Positions 37,389 through 39,915 of a stretch of DNA of 39,915 bases are shown here, in pieces. The stretch lies in sequence record SRR20825019_433. One strand, given 5' to 3'. The position numbers and the translations under genes were made by a program. The notes beneath the pieces were generated by a model, which did no database searches, was not told the origin of the DNA, and saw only the letters and a program-made list of their open reading frames with translations. How positions within the stretch are numbered: the first letter of the stretch is position 1; the number at the start of each line of letters is the position of its first letter.

Positions 37389-38675
37389 TTAACCCGAAAC
37401 CGGATAGTCGCGCTTGGCGGGACCGGTGTAGATCTGACGCGGACGGTAGATGCGTCCCTTCGGCTGAGCGGCCACTTCACGCCAGTTGGCGATCCAACCC
37501 GGAGCGCGGCCCATCGCAAAAATCACCGTAAACATATCCACGGGAATTCCGAGTGCCCGCATGATAATGCCGGAATAGAAATCCACATTCGGATAAAGCT
37601 TCCGGGAGATGAAGTAATCATCCTTAAGCGCTGCCTGTTCCAAATTTTGGGCGATTGAGAGCAAGGGATCGTCGATTCCGAGCTTGGTGAGGACCTTCTC
37701 ACACGCCGCCCCAATGATCTTAGCCCGCGGATCGAAGTTACGATAAACCGCATGACCAAAGCCCATCAGACGTTTGCTCTTGTTACCCGATTTCGCGTCT
37801 TCGATAAAACGCGTGCCGTCGTCACCATCGTCGTGGATCGATTGCAGCATGGTCATCACCGCGGTATTGGCACCACCGTGCAACGGACCGGAAAGCGCGC
37901 CGATGGCCGCGGATAGCGAGGTGAAAAGATTAGCCGCACTGGAGCCGACCATCCGCAATGTCGAGGTGCTGCAATTCTGCTCGTGATCAACGTGAAGCAG
38001 CATCAGCAAATTCAGCGCTTTCGATACTTCCGCGTCCACTTCGTAGCTCTTCCCTTCTTCGGAAAACATCATCTGCAGGAAGTTATCGCAAAATGGCAGG
38101 TCTTTCGAAGCCGCGTAGGGCTGCCCCTTTTGGTAGCGATAAATCATCGCACCCAAGGTGCGAATCTTCGAGATCGCGACTGCCGCAGCCGTATCGAAGG
38201 TCTTCAAATCCTTCTCGAAATCATTTTGCGCCAATTCAGGGTGATAAGCAGGCAAGGCCGCAACCAACGCTGTGAGCATCGCCATCGGCGGAGCGTCTTT
38301 GGGGAAACCTTCGAGGATGGATTGCATCCCGGCATCGACATTGGCGTTTTGGTTCAGTGCTGCACTGAATTCCTTCCGCTGCTCCGCCGTGGGCAATTCG
38401 CCGTAGATGACCAGATAAGCCGCCGCGATAAAATCGCTGTGCTCCGTTAATTGCTCAATCGGATAGCCACGATGCCGCAGAATGCCTTTTTCTCCATCGA
38501 GATAGGTGATCTTGCTCTGGCAGGAACCGGTGTTCCCGTAGCCTTGATCGTAGCAGATATAACCGGATTCCTTGCGCAGTTTGCGGGTATCGATCGCCAA
38601 CTCCCCCTCAGAACCGGTAATGATCGGTAATTTAAATTCTTTGTCGTCGAGGGATAGGGATGCAACTTCAGCCAT
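37389..38675 (-). CDS. gltA: Citrate synthase
   Basis: ITYLDGEKGILRHRGY, DHEQNCST, GPLHGGAN, MGFGHAVY, LYPNVDFYSG, RPRQIYTG. Confidence 0.97.
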   Translation of the reverse strand: MAEVASLSLDDKEFKLPIITGSEGELAIDTRKLRKESGYICYDQGYGNTGSCQSKITYLDGEKGILRHRGYPIEQLTEHSDFIAAAYLVIYGELPTAEQRKEFSAALNQNANVDAGMQSILEGFPKDAPPMAMLTALVAALPAYHPELAQNDFEKDLKTFDTAAAVAISKIRTLGAMIYRYQKGQPYAASKDLPFCDNFLQMMFSEEGKSYEVDAEVSKALNLLMLLHVDHEQNCSTSTLRMVGSSAANLFTSLSAAIGALSGPLHGGANTAVMTMLQSIHDDGDDGTRFIEDAKSGNKSKRLMGFGHAVYRNFDPRAKIIGAACEKVLTKLGIDDPLLSIAQNLEQAALKDDYFISRKLYPNVDFYSGIIMRALGIPVDMFTVIFAMGRAPGWIANWREVAAQPKGRIYRPRQIYTGPAKRDYPVSG

Positions 38676-38689
38676 GATTCCCATTAGCC

Positions 38690-38718
38690 AAGCTATTTCC
38701 CCGTCGCATGCAAAGCAA
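38690..38718 (-). promoter_or_regulatory. Candidate gltA promoter
   Basis: Minus strand reads TTGCTT-N17-TAGCTT. Confidence 0.5.
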
Positions 38719-38796
38719 AGAAGGCCGGGAAATGCGACTTTGGCGCAAAATTAGCGCCACGATCACCCAGGGTTAGCAAATTTCAAGTCGCCCAGT

Positions 38797-39432
38797 TCAG
38801 GTTCCCGCCGACACCGAGACGAAATTCCGATAAATCTGGATACCTTTGGTCTGGCTCTTTTCCGGATGAAATTGCGTCGCGAAGCAGCGTCCACGAGCAA
38901 TCGCCGCCGTGAATTTCACGCCGTAGTCGCACTCCGCGAGCACCAGAGCCGGATCATTCGGCGCACAATAGTAGCTATGCACAAAATAGAAGGCCTCCCC
39001 TTCCGATTCCAAATTTGCGATCAAAGGAGATCCCGGCTGGGTAAATTTCACGGTATTCCAGCCCATGTGCGGCACCTTGAATTCGGGTGGTAATCGAAAG
39101 CGAGCGACTTTTCCCGGGAAAATTCCCAGCCCCTTCGTGTCCGCTTCCTCCGAGTAATCAAACAAGGCCTGCATACCGAGACAGACGCCGAGAAACGGAC
39201 GGTCCTCCGCGATCCATGCGCACACCGCCTCGGCCATTCCGGTTTCGTGAAGTGCACTCACGCAATCAGCCAAGGCGCCGACTCCGGGCAAGACGACTCC
39301 ATCCGCCGAATTGAATTCCGGCGGTTTCGTGACGATCTGCACATCGCCCCCGGCGGCTTCGACCGCCTTGGCAACACTGCGCAGGTTTCCCATCCCGTAA
39401 TCAATTACGGCGATCCGTGGTGGCGTTTTCAT
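38797..39432 (-). CDS. hisH: Imidazole glycerol phosphate synthase glutaminase subunit
   Basis: IDYGMGNLRSV, LPGVG, GVCLGMQ, VPHMGWN, YFVHSY, QFHPEKS. Confidence 0.97.
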   Translation of the reverse strand: MKTPPRIAVIDYGMGNLRSVAKAVEAAGGDVQIVTKPPEFNSADGVVLPGVGALADCVSALHETGMAEAVCAWIAEDRPFLGVCLGMQALFDYSEEADTKGLGIFPGKVARFRLPPEFKVPHMGWNTVKFTQPGSPLIANLESEGEAFYFVHSYYCAPNDPALVLAECDYGVKFTAAIARGRCFATQFHPEKSQTKGIQIYRNFVSVSAGT

Positions 39433-39435
39433 GAC

Positions 39436-39915
39436 TTACAACGCGCCCTTGGTGCTCGGAAGCGAATCCGCCGCGCGAGCATCGACTTGCGTGGCGACAT
39501 CCATCGCGCGAGCCAAACCCTTAAAAATTGCCTCGGCCACGTGATGCGGCTCTTCACCATACTCCAATTTCACGTGGAGATTACAGGCCAGGGCATTGCT
39601 GAATGCGCGGGCAAACTCCTTCACAAGGATGAGATTGAAATCGCGCACAAACATGGTCGGCGGCACGGCATCGTAAACAAGGCACGCGCGACCGCTCAAA
39701 TCGACCACCACGCGGGCGAGCGATTCATCCATCGGCAAAAAGAAGAATCCGTAACGACGAATCCCAACCTTGTCGCCGAGCGCTTGTTTGAAAGCGTCGC
39801 CGAGCACCAGGCCGACATCCTCGACCGTGTGGTGATAATCCACGTCCACATCGCCGACTGCCTTGATCTCGAGATCAAAGAGCCCGTGTTTGGCAAACAG
39901 CGTGAGCATGTGATC
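39436..39915 (-). CDS. hisB: Imidazoleglycerol-phosphate dehydratase, 5' end outside the window
   Basis: [40 protein letters not shown]. Confidence 0.97.
   Translation of the reverse strand, partial: DHMLTLFAKHGLFDLEIKAVGDVDVDYHHTVEDVGLVLGDAFKQALGDKVGIRRYGFFFLPMDESLARVVVDLSGRACLVYDAVPPTMFVRDFNLILVKEFARAFSNALACNLHVKLEYGEEPHHVAEAIFKGLARAMDVATQVDARAADSLPSTKGAL

Noticed and set aside
1..39915. tRNA, rRNA, riboswitch, prophage or defence genes
   Set aside because: None was recognisable by eye in the short intergenic gaps. An Rfam/Infernal and tRNAscan search would be needed to exclude them firmly.

Overview
A gene-dense, GC-rich bacterial chromosomal window. Its gene style suggests Verrucomicrobiota/Opitutales, which is an inference and not proven. 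Housekeeping genes are secA, lnt, tgt, trpG/pabA, nrdR, a HIT protein, dprA, nnr, acpS, pdxJ, gltA, hisH and hisB. They are interleaved with carbohydrate-related genes: a beta-helix protein, a GxGYxYP protein, two heparinase II/III-like proteins, L-rhamnose isomerase, a GH42-like protein, a YidJ-like sulfatase and UDP-glucuronate decarboxylase. Also present are two PhyH-family dioxygenases, an AraC regulator, and a circularly permuted ATP-grasp/alpha-E/transglutaminase operon. Near the left end, five small accessory genes (GNAT, GNAT, VOC, DUF433, PIN toxin) are bounded by three copies of a 30-bp element built of three decamers, like a cassette array without attC sites or an integrase. Several other unrelated palindromic repeat families fill intergenic gaps. 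Other oddities are a Tgt lacking all three zinc-binding cysteines, a Gln-run tail on the alpha-E protein, a probable leaderless 49-aa CxxC/basic peptide gene, and a flaR-like gene broken by a single missing base. I recognised no rRNA, tRNA, CRISPR array, transposase or integrase. All calls come from reading motifs by eye; no searches were run.
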